The notes beneath the pieces are model-generated. The model did no database searches and had not been told where the DNA came from. It saw only the letters and a program-made list of their open reading frames with translations. Source: Guillardia theta CCMP2712 (lineage: Eukaryota; Protista; Cryptophyta). Taken from it: DNA of 64,000 nt. This document shows positions 12,430 to 25,320 of the stretch, in pieces. The stretch covers positions 156,259 through 220,258 of the forward strand of contig NW_005434593.1 in NCBI RefSeq assembly GCF_000315625.1, written 5' to 3'. Position 1 is the stretch's first letter. Every line of letters starts with the position of its first letter. The translations under genes and the position numbers were made by a program.

Positions 12430-13334
12430 ACAGGTGATCATCTTTTCACAACAAGAGTCCGTGTACACAGATCTTCAGACCAGATTCCTATGTTAACTTC
12501 TCTACCGACTAATAACATACACAGAAACGACGGTGGAATCGTTCCACACGTCGATGGCAGTGATGTTCTGAAACTACCCTTGATACAAGTGAGCCAATTT
12601 TCGAATGCCGAACATCCATGCATGTTCTTCTAACAATTCTGTCAAGGGCCTTTTCACAAATTCCTTATACCTCAATTTCAAAATTCCAAAGTGTTCTTCA
12701 TGGTTACTTTCTGACTCAAGACGATCTACGAAAAGTTGTCTAACAGCGTCCAGTCTTTGATGGAGCTATCAGTGTTGGACCGACTCAATCAGTTCTCTGC
12801 TTTCCTCACCTGATTCTAATCCTCCTCATCGTCCTCGTTCCACAAGGCTTTTCTTTTTGCGTCCTCCCCGTCCTCACCCGCCCCTTCCTTTTCCTGTGTC
12901 TCTACCATAGTCTCTCCCACATGTCATGTCGTGGTCTTCCACCGTCATCGCAGCCTGTGCCTGCAGCTCGGCCAAGATTGTCGTTTTGCATTACAATCTG
13001 TTAGTTACATACTGCAAAGTAGATCCTCCATACGTCCTTCAGACATCCATGGATCAGCTCTTCTGGCCTTGTTTGTTGTATCACCAACTTTCGGCAGCTG
13101 AACTCGAGCAACCGCAAAACTCCACCCTCTATTCAGTTAACTAGCACGATCATCGTCAACCTCGAAACTCATCTCCTTCAGAAGTAGATCCCTCCGTCGT
13201 TCCCTTGGTGCATTCAAACAGAAGACGGACTCTCCCAGTGACGATGAACCTACAGGTACATCATTGCTTTCAGCATTTTGCGTCGTACTCACTACTACTA
13301 CTGACTCTCCTGATTGTCCTAGTACTACCATGCT

Positions 13335-13590
13335 ACCGCCGGCCTACTCAGACGGTCACTGAGTGACTCAGGCTGCAATGCCGAACTTAACTTCTCCGAC
13401 AGTGCCCGGCAGGTCTGGCCGAGACTCAGTCAGACCCGGTGACCGTCACAGTACTCGGACGACTCGGGGTCACGGCGCCGGGAGTCACCGCTGGCGGGCC
13501 CCGGCTAGCGGCTAGTACCGTCGGCCCGGCACCCGGTGGCACAATACTATTAGTGACCATACTGAATACCTTTACTCAAAGTTAAGTTAA
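13335..13590. repeat. GC/CpG-rich island with recurrent GTGACTC/AGTCAC/CCGG words, ending in TTTACTCAAAGTTAAGT
   Basis: 17-mer at 13571-13587 is identical to 54421-54437; word usage shared with the other islands. Confidence 0.5.
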
Positions 13591-14740
13591 AGAACACCAG
13601 TGACTTCACTGTGCGAGCCACCCTCAGGATGTGAGGCTAGAAAAACTTGCAGGCAGCTGGGAGGTCGTGATTGGACTTTTAAGCGATCGTCTACAACACC
13701 AAATGAGTTTTAAAACCGTGGGTCAAAGGACGGGGGGTGAATTGGAGGGGTAGGGTTTCTGAATGCAGGGTAGTCCCTTGGCCATTCCTACCTGATAAAT
13801 AGGACAAATATAGGGTAGTACCATTAATGTATTCAATTGGGTAGGGTGGTATCCTAAAAGCTCATTTTTTAAGTTCAATTTTTGAAGTCACCAATCCAAT
13901 AGTAGGGTAAATCCTCTTTAGTACACATTTAAATACAAATTTTATCTCATATATATTTATGAGGTGCAACTCGTAGTAGGTGTCTTTTTATAACTTTATA
14001 CTTCACAGGACTGCTGGTAATCTTTAAAACTTTATTTTATAGTATTATTAAATCATTGAATCCGTACCCAACCGTAATTCATACGCTACGGGAGACTTAT
14101 AAATTATTTTAGAGTTATACTTTACATTGTTGTAGAAACTCTTCTTTGGTCCAGCATGGCTAGGTGGGTCAGCGGCGAACAGCATGGCCATGTATGTTGA
14201 AAACTTTGTCGCTTCCCGCTCTTTCCCGCTCTTTCCCGCTCCTCATCCTCACCTCATCCTGTGAGCAGTCTCCTCTTCATGATTGATGCTTGCGAGTGGC
14301 CTCCACGAGTTATCCTCTGCTCTCCTTACTACTACTTTCTGCTATCCATCACTCAGCACTCGATTCCTCCTTCTCGTTCTCCAGCTATCTTAGTGTATTC
14401 CACCTATGTTTTTCAACTTTCCTGCAAGATGCCCTCACACTGAAACTTTTCTGTCTCCAAATACGCCTCGCATGCATGTAGAACACAACTTTCACAACAG
14501 GAACTTTCACAACTCTCTGTGTAAAGAGATGGATTATGCTGACATCTCCTCCTCTGATTCAATTCACTTCATTAGAGGCACTTCTGCCATCACCTACCGA
14601 GTGCCTGATTCATGCTGAGATTCAATCCTGCTTTCCCTCCCTCCCTTGCGCTGTCGCCGGTTGGGATGTTGGAGCTGATGTTTTCATGGCAGCCTTGCGA
14701 TTCCTGAAGAGTCTTCTTGCTGAAGAAAGTCGCTCCAACC

Positions 14741-17700
14741 ATGGGGCGCGGTGGGGGCGGTTGCTACACGGGGAAAGATGAGAAGACGGGGAAACTGACA
14801 GCAAGGAGAAGGGAATTCGATCCTATCCCAGAGCCACCCTACAGGATGTCGACGGTTACGGAATGCCGGAAGGATTTTGAGGTGAATGGGATCTCTTGCT
14901 GTTGTCCAGAGATGTTCTGAAGCGTTATCAGAACTCTGTGTTGCTTCGGCCTTTCCACAGAGAAGCATGGTTCACTTACGTGCCTGGTTAGTACTGTCAC
15001 CCTTGGTTCCTGCCCGCTGAACTTTTGTTACAGAGATGCTCCTCCTCTGTAACGAGGCTGCGAAGAGAAATGTCAGGAAGAGCATATCGGTGCCAAAGGA
15101 GAATGCAGACGGGCTTCTTTCGAAACCACTAGGGCTGGAGTACATAGCAGACCGTGTTGATACGGACGATCCTATCCAAGGGTATCTTGTAAGGACGAGG
15201 GATGAGGGCTGGCTGCAAGGGTTCATCACTGTGACGACATTCACAACGTGGCATCGTGAGTTCGAATGGAACTCACTCGTGCAAGAGGCGGGGATAAGCG
15301 ACGAAGACAAGCAGAACCATCGTTGGGATTTCGATGGATCGCTAGCCAAGGAGTTGCAGAAGCAGAAGCGAGTGGGAGATCCGCATAGGGAAGGGATCGT
15401 ATGGAAGAGGTACGATGCTTCTTGTCTTGCATGCAATCCTGACGCCAAGTGGTCAGGTTGGCTGAGGTCTCGTTGCTTGGCGCCTTGGGCTGCGGATCGC
15501 AGCTGTTGCAACTTGTGATGGAAGACCTGGAGCAAGGGGATGAGTACGACTACATCATTCTACAAGCCACAGACAACGCCATCAGTTTCTATGAGAGGAT
15601 GGGCTTTGTGAGAGTCGGGGCTATCGCGCGACCAGATCAAAATTTTCTGAATCGCAAAGGGAAAGTTTCCACAGGGGAGAAGCCGGGAGTTGGCAACAAG
15701 AACAAGGAGGAGGCTGTCACGATCAAGAGAGAGAAGATGAAATTTCGGCGAGAGAAAGTCACTGCCTCTTATGACTGGCGTCCTTTTTGTGTCAAAGTTC
15801 TCAAGCATCTTCTCACACTTCCCGAGGCGAAGGTAATCAAGGACTCAAGGCCGAGTGCCTTCAAGTTTGAGCAACAGCGATGCCTAGACTTGCAGTCGCT
15901 GGTCGACGCGCTGAGAGACAAGGAGTCTGAGGAGCAGAAGAAGATGATGCAAGAGCACCACGAGTTTGATCCGACCTCCTGGATGAAAACCGCATGGATC
16001 TCGAACTTCACTAATGCTGAAGATGTCTCGTTTGAAGTGCAGCTGCTGCTGAACTCCTTTAAGAAGGACCCAAATCTCAACGAAACAGTGAAGTCCGCTG
16101 CTCAAAGTCTTCTTGACTCGTTTTGCAAAGCTTGGAATAGCTTTGGAGATGATCTCGTCACCGATGGAAGCCAGGGCGAGAAGTACACTCCCAAGAAGGC
16201 CGGAACAAATCACACGCCCACCAAGAGCGCAAGGTTGAGGGAGAGTGCAACGAAAGAGGAAGAAGCTTCGAAGATGGGTAAAGACAACCAATTCTATGTG
16301 TACGTCGACATCGAGTGGAGGGAACAGCGAGGGTTTCGACTTTATGAGATCGTTGGCAAGCTCAACGGATCAGGTTCGGGCAAGTTCACCCTTGACCTTT
16401 CTCAACTTCTCCACCCTCTCCTCTACATCGGACTCTAGTAACATTTTCTTCACAGCAAATAAGCAGTCGGGAAGCAAGGGATTGCTCAACGTGAGGGAAT
16501 GGTATTCGGCCAAGGAGCTGGAGCCAGCGGAAGGAGCAGATCGAGACAACCTCCCCTTCCTCCCCAGGTCGGCGAAGGCCAAGAAGATGCAGTGGTCTCA
16601 GCGTCGCTGTGTAGATGGGATCTTGCAGACAGCTTCGCTACCTGTGGCTGTCAGAAGCTGCCACAAGCAGCTCGACGGGAAGAGAGTGGACTATATCGAA
16701 GTGGAAGATCAGTGCCTGAGAGTCACCATGGCGTACGCGAAGCTGATGGCCATCCGCGGGATCGAGAGGTTCGAGCGCTACGGCGACGGAGGATATGGTG
16801 ATGACTGCTGCTGTGTGAGATTGACCCGGGTTGACCGCTTGCTCCCTTGCAGACTCGCGATGGGATGGGGAAGGATCGGGGTCGCCGGATGACACGAAGC
16901 TGAGCGAGTACGAGTTCAAACGTCTCCAGAGGATGCAGGAGAACGAGCGACTGATGAAGGCGACGGGGATACTTGACCATGAGCAGAGCGTCACTCAGGG
17001 GTCGAGCTCTGAGAACGAGGATGCAGCTGATGCTCATGACGACACTTGCTCCAATCGCAAGCAGGATGCGATGCTGGGAGATTTGAACGACGTGCGGCCA
17101 AGGAGTCAGTCACAGTCGATGAACGGGGAGGAGTCCGTGGACTCGGATGGAACGACAGACAGCGCGCAGAAGCCCCACAGGCCCCAGAAGAAGCGGTTCT
17201 TGCCCTTGGATTCTCATGGGAGCCCAAAAGTTTTTCGCTCACTGGACATGGACAGCGTTAGTAGCCAGAGCAAGAAGAAGTTTGTTGCAGAGGAGGAGAC
17301 GAGTATCAAAAAGATTGCGGAAGAATGCCACGTCAAGCTTGATCGACTGCTGCAGATCAACAGGGTGAGGAGGAATGGGAGGAGGAGGAATGGAGGAGGG
17401 GGAGGAGGAGGAGGAGGAGAGGTAGCTCACTGTATGACAGGGCAACTTTCCCGATCTTCATCAGTACTCGATCATTCCCGCTGGGACAGTTTTGCAACTT
17501 CCTCGACCTGGGGAGGTCTGTGAATTCATTCCGAAGAAGAAACTCCCCCGGGCTCCGACGGGATGGTCAGGTTACTGTCACTGGACGTACCCCGACCAGT
17601 CCATCGACGAGCTTTTTCCAAGCTACATGATGGTAGGGAATCGTTTGTGTGTGCCTAGAACGACGTTAGGGTACTGGGTTGATGTGGTTAGTGTGGAGTA

Positions 17701-18298
17701 CCGGGTACTCGTAAGTTGTTGATGGGGTACTGGGTCAGTGGGGTGTGACCATGACTCTGCTTTCATGTTGTCTCTGATGTGATTCGCCGTTGTAAGTCTT
17801 TTTCTCACCTTGTCCGATCAGGCCAAGAAGATCATCAGAGAGAAAGACGGCGTCGTGAAGCAAGCTCCTTCGACGCTGAGAAAGATGTTGGTTGACTGTC
17901 CTCCTCCGATCGTCTCCACCAAGGAAATCCAGCAGGTCCGGAAGATCTCAAAGCTCAACAGTGAGTTCTGGCAGGAGCAGCACTCCTCCATGCAGGATGG
18001 GGAGGAGCAGGAAGCTGCAGCCTGCTCGTGGCCAGTGAACGGAATTTACTGCTGCCTCCAGAACGAGAGAGCGGAGGATGTGGCCAAGAAGTTTCGGGTG
18101 GATGCGGATCGCTTGATCTTCGTGAACAAGCTCTTGAACCCTCAGCTTGAGCAGAGGAGGGCGTTCAAGGCCGGAAGCAGCGTTGTGCTCCCCCTCCACC
18201 CGTCCTTGGTGGAGCAGCAAAATTGGATCAAGGACTGTGTGGAAATTCTCGACCTCCTGCGCCAGTCCCAGTGAGTCATCCAAAACTCAGCCCTCCTG

Positions 18299-18335
<37 letters not shown>

Positions 18336-19036
18336 GGCTCCGGTCCCGGTTCCGGCTCCGGCTCCGGCTCCGGCTCCTGCTCCGGCTCCGGCTCCGGCTC
18401 CTGTTCTGCTCCGGCTCCGGCTCTTAGTTCACCATTCGCCATAGCCTCGCCCCCTTCTGCTTGCCGACCATCAACCCCCCCCCCCCCCTCCTCCTCCGCC
18501 GCTCTCCAATGTGCACATCTCCTCTGTCTGCTTTCCCGCTCAACCCGCAGCTGTTCGTCGCTCCTCCTCACTGGACCTCAGGCATGCGCTGCACTTCGAG
18601 GCACCCGTAGAGTGGAGGAGAATGAAGCTGTTCGAGTACCCCTTCATCGTCACTCAGCCCACAGACCTCGGGACTGTGCAGATGCGCCTCCTGGCCGGTC
18701 ATTACGCAACTCCGGAGGATTTTGCGGAGGCGACGATGAAGATTTTCTTCAATGCGATCGTGTTCAACAACACCCCCAACGATACCTTCCGCAAGATGGC
18801 GAACAAGCTGATGAGCAACTTCGAGCACCGCTGGTCGAAGATCTATCCTCCCCTCTCTCCTGCCATCCTGGGCGATCGATCCAAGAAGGTTAAGTTCTTC
18901 AACAAGGTGACAACTCGATTCCCGTCTCTCATCCCTCCCTTGTTGTAGCCCGCTTTCTGATAGTGGCTCCTGCCTCTGATATACTCTCCTGCTCCTGCTC
19001 CTGCTCCTGCTGCTCCTGCTGCTCCTGCTGCTCCTG

Positions 19037-19086
<50 letters not shown>

Positions 19087-20913
19087 CCTCCCTGCTCGTC
19101 ATGTTCCTGACATCCCATCGAAGGTCGTGAAGCTAGAGGATGAGTCGGCGCTTTTCTACTTCGTGCTCCACTACGTCCCCGACCTTCACTGGTGTCACCT
19201 TGCTCCGATGCAGCGCGATGGGCTCGTCCCATACCAGAACAAGCAGGGGAAGCCCAACGCGTACGCGGGTCACACCAAGTGGAAGCTCGTGCCTGAAGGA
19301 GAGGCCGAGGAGATCGATGTCAGCGGCTTCCGCTGCATCCCCGTCAGGTGGGTGAAGGGGCATGATAGCAGGAGGCTGGCAGCTTGGCGAGGGAGGTGCT
19401 GACAGGGGCTAGGGAGTAGTAGAAAATGAATTGGGAAAGGATGAGGGGAAGATAAAGGGAGGGGGAGGAGGAGGAATGTAAAGCGAGGGAGGTTGGGCGA
19501 GGTAGAGGAAGGGAGGCAGGTGTAGACAGGGGACCGAGGAAGGGAAGGGGATACAGCAGGAGTCTCTGACAACGTATTGGCAGGAGCGTGACGGTGAACA
19601 AGACAAAGAACGCTGACCTGGAGGCCTGGGTGATCCTCGGGGAAGGAGGAGGAGAGGGACAGGAGATGGACGTGCAGAGCAACACGCAGGAGTCAGCGGA
19701 CTGCGAGAGCGAGGAGGGCAGGCGTTGCAGGAAGATCGAGAGAGTCCCGGCGAGACTGCAAGAGGAAGGGGGGCGAGCGGAGTGTGCAAGAGCGCTGAGA
19801 AGGATGCTGGCAGATGCAGCTTACAAGTTGAAGACACAAAGGGGAAGGAGGTCGGTGGAGCAAGAGGGTCTGCGCTTGCGCCTCAAGGGCTTGGCGGAGC
19901 AGGAGGACGAATTCGAGGACGCGAGCAGTTTCGTGCAGGCAGTTCTCGATGCGATGACGACAACAGTAGCAGGACTGAGGAGAAACAAGGAGAAAGAGAA
20001 GAGGAAAGCCATGCTGACGTATCAAGCTTTCCATAGCGCCTGTGAACGGCTCTCTTGCTTCGACGAGATCTCGTGCCTGTTTGATCCCAAGCTGGTAAAG
20101 GACGGGCACGGGGACGAGGAGGACCAGGAGGAGGTGGTGGATGCTGATGAAGACGAGAGCGATGACGGCAGCTTCGGTGAGGACAGTGGAGGAGACGAGA
20201 GCGAGGATGGAGCTCGGGAGGGGGGAGGCGAGGGGGACGAGGACATGGAAGATGGCGCAAGGGCTGGGTCATCGGAGGGAGAGGAAGGCGAGAAAGGGAA
20301 TCCAGATGGAGTGGGAGAAGAGCGGGAGAGAAGGAAATCCAGTGCTGAGGATTCGGAGCATGGCAAGGGGAAAAGGCAGCGGGGCTACAACGAGGACAAG
20401 GACGAGGACGATCGAGTCCTGGGTGACATCGAAGAGGAGGCAGAGAATGACATTGAGGAGGGGGGGTGCGGAGACGAGGAGGAGGAGGAGGAGGAGGAGG
20501 AGGAGGGTGGGGGCAAGGGAAACTCAAAGGCAGCAGGGAAGACGAAGGTGAAGGTGAAGGTGGAGGAGGGCGCACCCGAGGACAGTGAGGACAGGGAGGA
20601 GGAGGGCGAGGTGGAGTACACCACCAGGGAGAATGAAACTCCAAGGATCATCGCTGCAATGCTGAGGGTCAACTTAGACCGCGTCCTGGAGCTGAATCGC
20701 AGCAAATACCCCCAGCTGGTCCCTTGCTCGCGTTTCCGCCGAGGGACGAAACTGTTGCTCCCCATGTCAGCGACGGAATCGCCCAAGGGGAAGGAGCTGC
20801 TTGCGAGGAAGCGGCTGGTGAAGATCTCGAAGCGCGGCAGGAAGCACAGGGGAGATGGAGAGAGGAGGAGAGGGGGCAGGAGGGAGGAGTCAGGTGGGAA
20901 GTTGAAGGTCTGA
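14741..20913 (+). CDS. Multi-exon chromatin protein: GNAT acetyltransferase + bromodomain(s) + three LysM-like repeats + acidic tract
   Basis: GNAT ([17 protein letters not shown]...[16 protein letters not shown]); bromodomain (HFEAPV...[15 protein letters not shown]...FFNAIVFN); LysM-like repeats at ~17280, ~18045, ~20615; [15 protein letters not shown] motif; GT-AG introns join the frames. Confidence 0.85.
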
Positions 20914-21014
20914 GCTAGAGGAGGCGCGTTAAGCAAGTGAATATACTGAATTGAATGATGAAAGAAGAATAGTCGACGCCTTCTATGCTCCTGCTCCTCG
21001 TTCGCCCTGTTCGT

Positions 21015-21114
21015 NNNNNNNNNNNNNNNNNNNNNNNNNNNNNNNNNNNNNNNNNNNNNNNNNNNNNNNNNNNNNNNNNNNNNNNNNNNNNNNNNNNNNN
21101 NNNNNNNNNNNNNN
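21015..21114. other. Assembly gap (100 N); others at 32248-32347, 36352-36451, 39217-39316, 41878-41977
   Basis: N runs, mostly next to low-complexity DNA. Confidence 1.
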
Positions 21115-21564
21115 GCCGCCCCCGTTTACCCTCCTTCGCCCCCTTCCTTTCCCCTTCCACCCTCCCCCCCCCCCCCCTCCCCCCCTCCCTCCCTCCCTCC
21201 TCTCCTGTCCTCTGCACCCTTCTGTCCAACCCACCCAAGTTCTTTCAAAGTTGCCGTTTATCCGTATGTTTGTTGCCCACAACATCTCATTTACTTGTGA
21301 CACCCGATGTTTCAACGAATACAAGTGGAGAGGTGTGGGGGTAAGGAGCGGGGAAGAGTGTTCGAGGAAGAGGGAGAGTTGATGGGGAGGAGGAAGGGAT
21401 GATGGAGGGGAGGAAACAGGGGAGGAGGAAGGGGAGGAAACAGGGGAGGAGGAAGGGGATGAAACAGGGGAGGAGGAAGGGGAGGAAACAGGGGAGGAGG
21501 AAGGGGAGGAGGAAGGGATGATGGAGGGGATGATGGAAGGGAGGAGGAAGGGGAGGAGGAATGC

Positions 21565-22618
21565 TCACATCGTATGATGGTTGCGGTTCAAGTAGTTGAG
21601 GACAGGCACTTCCTTTCCCTCCTCGCAGAACACGATGGGGAGGAAGACTTCGGTCAAGCTACAGTTGTCGACTTTGAAGACGAACTTCTTGGAGGTGTCG
21701 GAGACGCTGAAAAGAGCCTTGAGGAGGAGGTCAAGGAAGTCAGAGTGCGTCACGACGATGAGAGGAGAGCCCCTCTCCTCTGCTGGTGTCTCCACCACCC
21801 TCCTCTTGATCCACGACGCGAACTTCTCCGCCCTCTCCCGGTTCTGCTCCGCCGTCTCCTTCCCGACCAGCTCGTTCCATGAGCCCTCCTGCTCACCGCG
21901 TCATCCCCTCACTGCTACTTCCTCCTCCACCTGCTTCAGCAGTTCCGTGCGGCAGAAAGGAAAGCGCTCCCTGATTGCTGCAGCCGACAGCCCAGCGGCA
22001 GGGAGGTACTTGCCATCCTTCCACTCGTACATCCCCCCGACCTCGCACGCAAGAGGCGACACCCTGCACGGGATGCCGAGCGCCATGGCGATGGGCGCAG
22101 CCGTCTCGATGGCTCGGAGCATCGGGCTCGACATCAGCTCGCCTCCCTCCCCCAGTATCCGCTTGATGTGCTGCCCGGTCCTTATCGCTTCTTCCTTCCC
22201 TTGCGGGGACAGGCCAGGGTCTACAGATCTGGACGCAAGCCAGGTTGATGTTGCCTTGTGAGGAGGGAGGCTCGTCAGTGAGAGCGCACATGCTGGTGGA
22301 TCGAACCTGTTCCGCAGTCAACCTCCCTTTGCGCATCTCTTCTTCCACCTGCCCCGGATACTTAAAGGTTGCAAGACAGTTCACGGGAGAGGACAAGCTG
22401 TGGTCATGACAACAAGGCATCTGTTTCTAAATGTCCCTCCCTCTTAATTTCCTTCTCCTCCTCCTCCTCCTCCTCCTCCTCCTCCTCCTCCTACCAACAA
22501 CTCTCTTACTCTGACTCAGTCCGACAAGAACGTTGCAGTCCGCAAGCATTACCTGCAGTTGGATGCAGTTGTTCATGGACTGTGCATGCCTGATGAGAAT
22601 CAGCGATCTGCCTGCCAT
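21565..22618 (-). CDS. Histidine phosphatase / phosphoglycerate mutase family protein (multi-exon)
   Basis: LILIRHAQS (RHG-type motif), SSPMLRAIETA, LIVVTHSDFL, DNCSLT; a 42-bp intron removes the stop at ~21901. Confidence 0.85.
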
Positions 22619-23319
22619 GCTCGCCGCTGCCTCTAGGCGGAAATGACGCCGCCATCCCGCTCCTGCTCGAAATCGCTGCAGCACCATGCTGGATTCTTTG
22701 ATTTAGCGTTGATTGCGATGTTTTCACATTAAATTTAGCCATTTGCATTAAACATAAGAAACAATTCTCTATTTAGTGCTAATGTGTAACCCCACTTTGT
22801 TGCAGTACACCCCCTGAACATTTTTGTACCGGTACTTTTCTCTTTCACTACCCCACATTTTCATACCCAGTTCTCATTATTTCACATGACCACCCCTTCA
22901 AAGTCCTCACCCACCGGTGTGATTCCATAGAACTCATCGAAGCAAACCTGCTTCCCAGGGGGGTCCTAGGTCTTCAGATAATGGGGTGATGGGTATGACC
23001 GGTTATACTGATGTGCTATTTGACCCGAAATTTTCATTATAAACAAAGGGGTGAACAGAGGACCTGGGATATTTAGTGGGTGGGGGTACTGTTAAAGGGG
23101 GTAGCTGGAAGGTGAAACTTGCCAGAGCATGCCGGAGGAGATTTTTATCACAATGAAACGAGGGGAGGAGAGAGGGAAGGGAAGGAGGAGGAGGGGCAGG
23201 AGGAGGAGAGAGGAGAAGGATCAGGGTCAGTATCAAGAGCAGGAGCAGGAGAAGCAGGAGCAGCATGGAGGAGGAGGAGGAGGAGGAGGAGCATCAGCTT
23301 CAGCAGCAGCAGCAGCAGC

Positions 23320-23362
<43 letters not shown>

Positions 23363-23838
23363 TCAGGAGCAGGAGCAGGAGCAGGAGCAGGATCAGGATC
23401 AGGATCAGCAGGAGAATTTCCAGGATCAGCATCAGATGGTTTCCAGGCTATGGCATAACTAGAACATCAAGACTGTACTTTTCCACCAGCATCAGCCTTG
23501 ACTATGAGGAATACGGTGCCGATTATGTTAGAAGTGGCGGAGGCTGTAAGACCGAGCGAATCGATGACACGATTAATACCATGAAGTGCAAGATGGCGTC
23601 AAGGGAGAGTTTGAAAATGCCACAGGAGATCTTGCGAGAGGGAGATGAAGTGATCGATGAGGAATGGTGGGGTTTGTTGCCATGAACTAGAGGACGAGGT
23701 CGAGGACGTGGGAGGGTGGGATAGAGACATTGTTGTTGGATCCGGAGATTCTTGATGGCGAAGAATGTTCGAGGTTGTGCGGACTTGGTGATAGATGCAT
23801 GGCAGGTTCACTGTCGGCCTGCCGAAGGGTCAGGGAAG

Positions 23839-24652
23839 ATGAAGGTGATGAAGAGGAGGTGTTTCTGATGTTCTTGTTGTGATCTCCGACGAGCAGGCGG
23901 TTTGCATCGCCTCCCTGGCTCTGCTGCTGGCAACGAGTGGAGTGCTGGCGGAGAAAAATGCAAGCTGTCGCGAGCTAGGATTCACTGAAACCCTGGTGTG
24001 CTCCAAATGCACAAGGTGAGACTGCTGCTGGAGGAGAACAGCAGGAGGGGCAACATGGCAGAGGAGGAGGAGGAGCAGAGGATTCAGGGAGCCTGACGCG
24101 TTGGGCAGGCTGGAGGAAAGCATCAAAGACACAGATCTAGTCTCCGAGTGTCGATCGTGCTGTAGCGAGGACGTGGACGACGCGTCTGGTCTCACAAAGG
24201 CCGCCTCCATGTACCTGATATGATGTTGATCCCCTGACATGACGTAGATTGCAGTGTGCTTGAGATCTGTGAATGAAAGAAAGCCGCCTTCCCTGATGTC
24301 GTAACATTCATCGATGAGAAGGTCTGGGAACTCTGAAATGCATCCAGCTAGGGAAGAATATTGACACTGTTGACAGGCGAAACAATTTCCTAAAGTTAGC
24401 GTCAGATACCAGCGTGGAGCTCCTCCAACTCTGGTAGGGAGGAGGAGCGGGAAGGAAGTGAGAAGCACATTCAGTGTTGAACGGTGGTTGCAGTACCTCA
24501 AGGATGAGAAGGGAGGAGAGATCGACAAGATTCGAATCGACAGTTGGAACACTGACACGATCGTTGAGTTCATGAAGGTGAGCCGAGATGAAACTTGTTC
24601 TCGTTTCCTTGCTCCTGTTCTGAGTTGTTCTTTCAAGGAACGCTTGGCGTAG
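23839..24652 (+). CDS. SELENOF: Selenoprotein F (Sep15); exons 23839-23844, 23897-24015, 24109-24210, 24255-24321, 24377-24433, 24494-24577, 24638-24652; Sec UGA at 24274-24276
   Basis: Spliced product: signal peptide-CRELGFTETLVCSKC...CRSCC...VLEICE(U)KKAAFP...VRYQRGAPPTL...IDSWNTDTIVEFMKERLA*; CxU motif; all six introns GT-AG and phase-compatible. Confidence 0.93.
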
Positions 24653-24770
24653 ATGCTGCTTTCTTTGCAACCTTTGATTTTCCATCTTGTAAGTGCTGCA
24701 ATCCGATCTGCTTTCACACTCGATGATACTAGGGCATCTTGTGATGTTGCTGACTTGACATGTCCCATAG

Positions 24771-24826
24771 AGTCTTACGTGATGAGGCAAGCACAAAGGG
24801 AAACCCAGTTTGTCTCGGAGAAGGAA
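24771..24826 (+). promoter_or_regulatory. Eukaryotic SECIS element (type II) in the SELENOF 3' UTR
   Basis: GTGAT (24779-83) / helix GAGGCAAGC:GTTTGTCTC / unpaired AAA 11 nt after the core / GGG-AAA-CCC minihelix / GGAG (24817-20). Confidence 0.9.
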
Positions 24827-24939
24827 CAAGGTGGAAGATCAGTCCTAATCGTATCGCCCTTCAATTAACACTGATGAGGCGGTGATCATTGAAAGTTTTT
24901 TTACTTTCCATTTGTTCCAGTGGCAAAACTTTATTGTAC

Positions 24940-25320
24940 TGACCCGGCCCTGCCCGGCCGCCGGGGCCTCAGTGCCCGGCGCGGTGAAACTACTAAGCGG
25001 CACCGCCGGCCGGGCCCGGCGCGGCAGTCGGGGGCCGGGCCGTCACATTGTCGCGGCCTAATCTCAGTGAACGGTGCTTTGAGTAAAGAACGGTGCCGGG
25101 CGACCGCCCGGCCGCGGCGCCCGGTCCGATCCGAGTGAGCCTCCGAGCGGAGGCCGGCGCCGGGCCGTGACGGTTGTGGCCCACTGGCGGGCGGCACCGG
25201 AGCCTCCGATGGCCTTGGGAACCGTGCCAGGACGGTGACCGTCGCCAGCCAGGCCGCGGTCTTTGAATGACAATCCGATCTGATCACGCGACCAAAGCAG
25301 ACCCTCGTGACCGGCCCCCT
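24940..25320. repeat. GC/CpG-rich island of the same type
   Basis: CCGG/GGCC-rich; CTTTGAGTAAA at 25077-25087 is the reverse complement of the shared core. Confidence 0.45.

Noticed and set aside
12440-13331. Possible minus-strand gene
   Set aside because: Short frames broken by stops; no consistent splice model or domain
23830-24768. 312-aa minus-strand ORF
   Set aside because: Antisense to the well-supported SELENOF gene; no recognisable motifs
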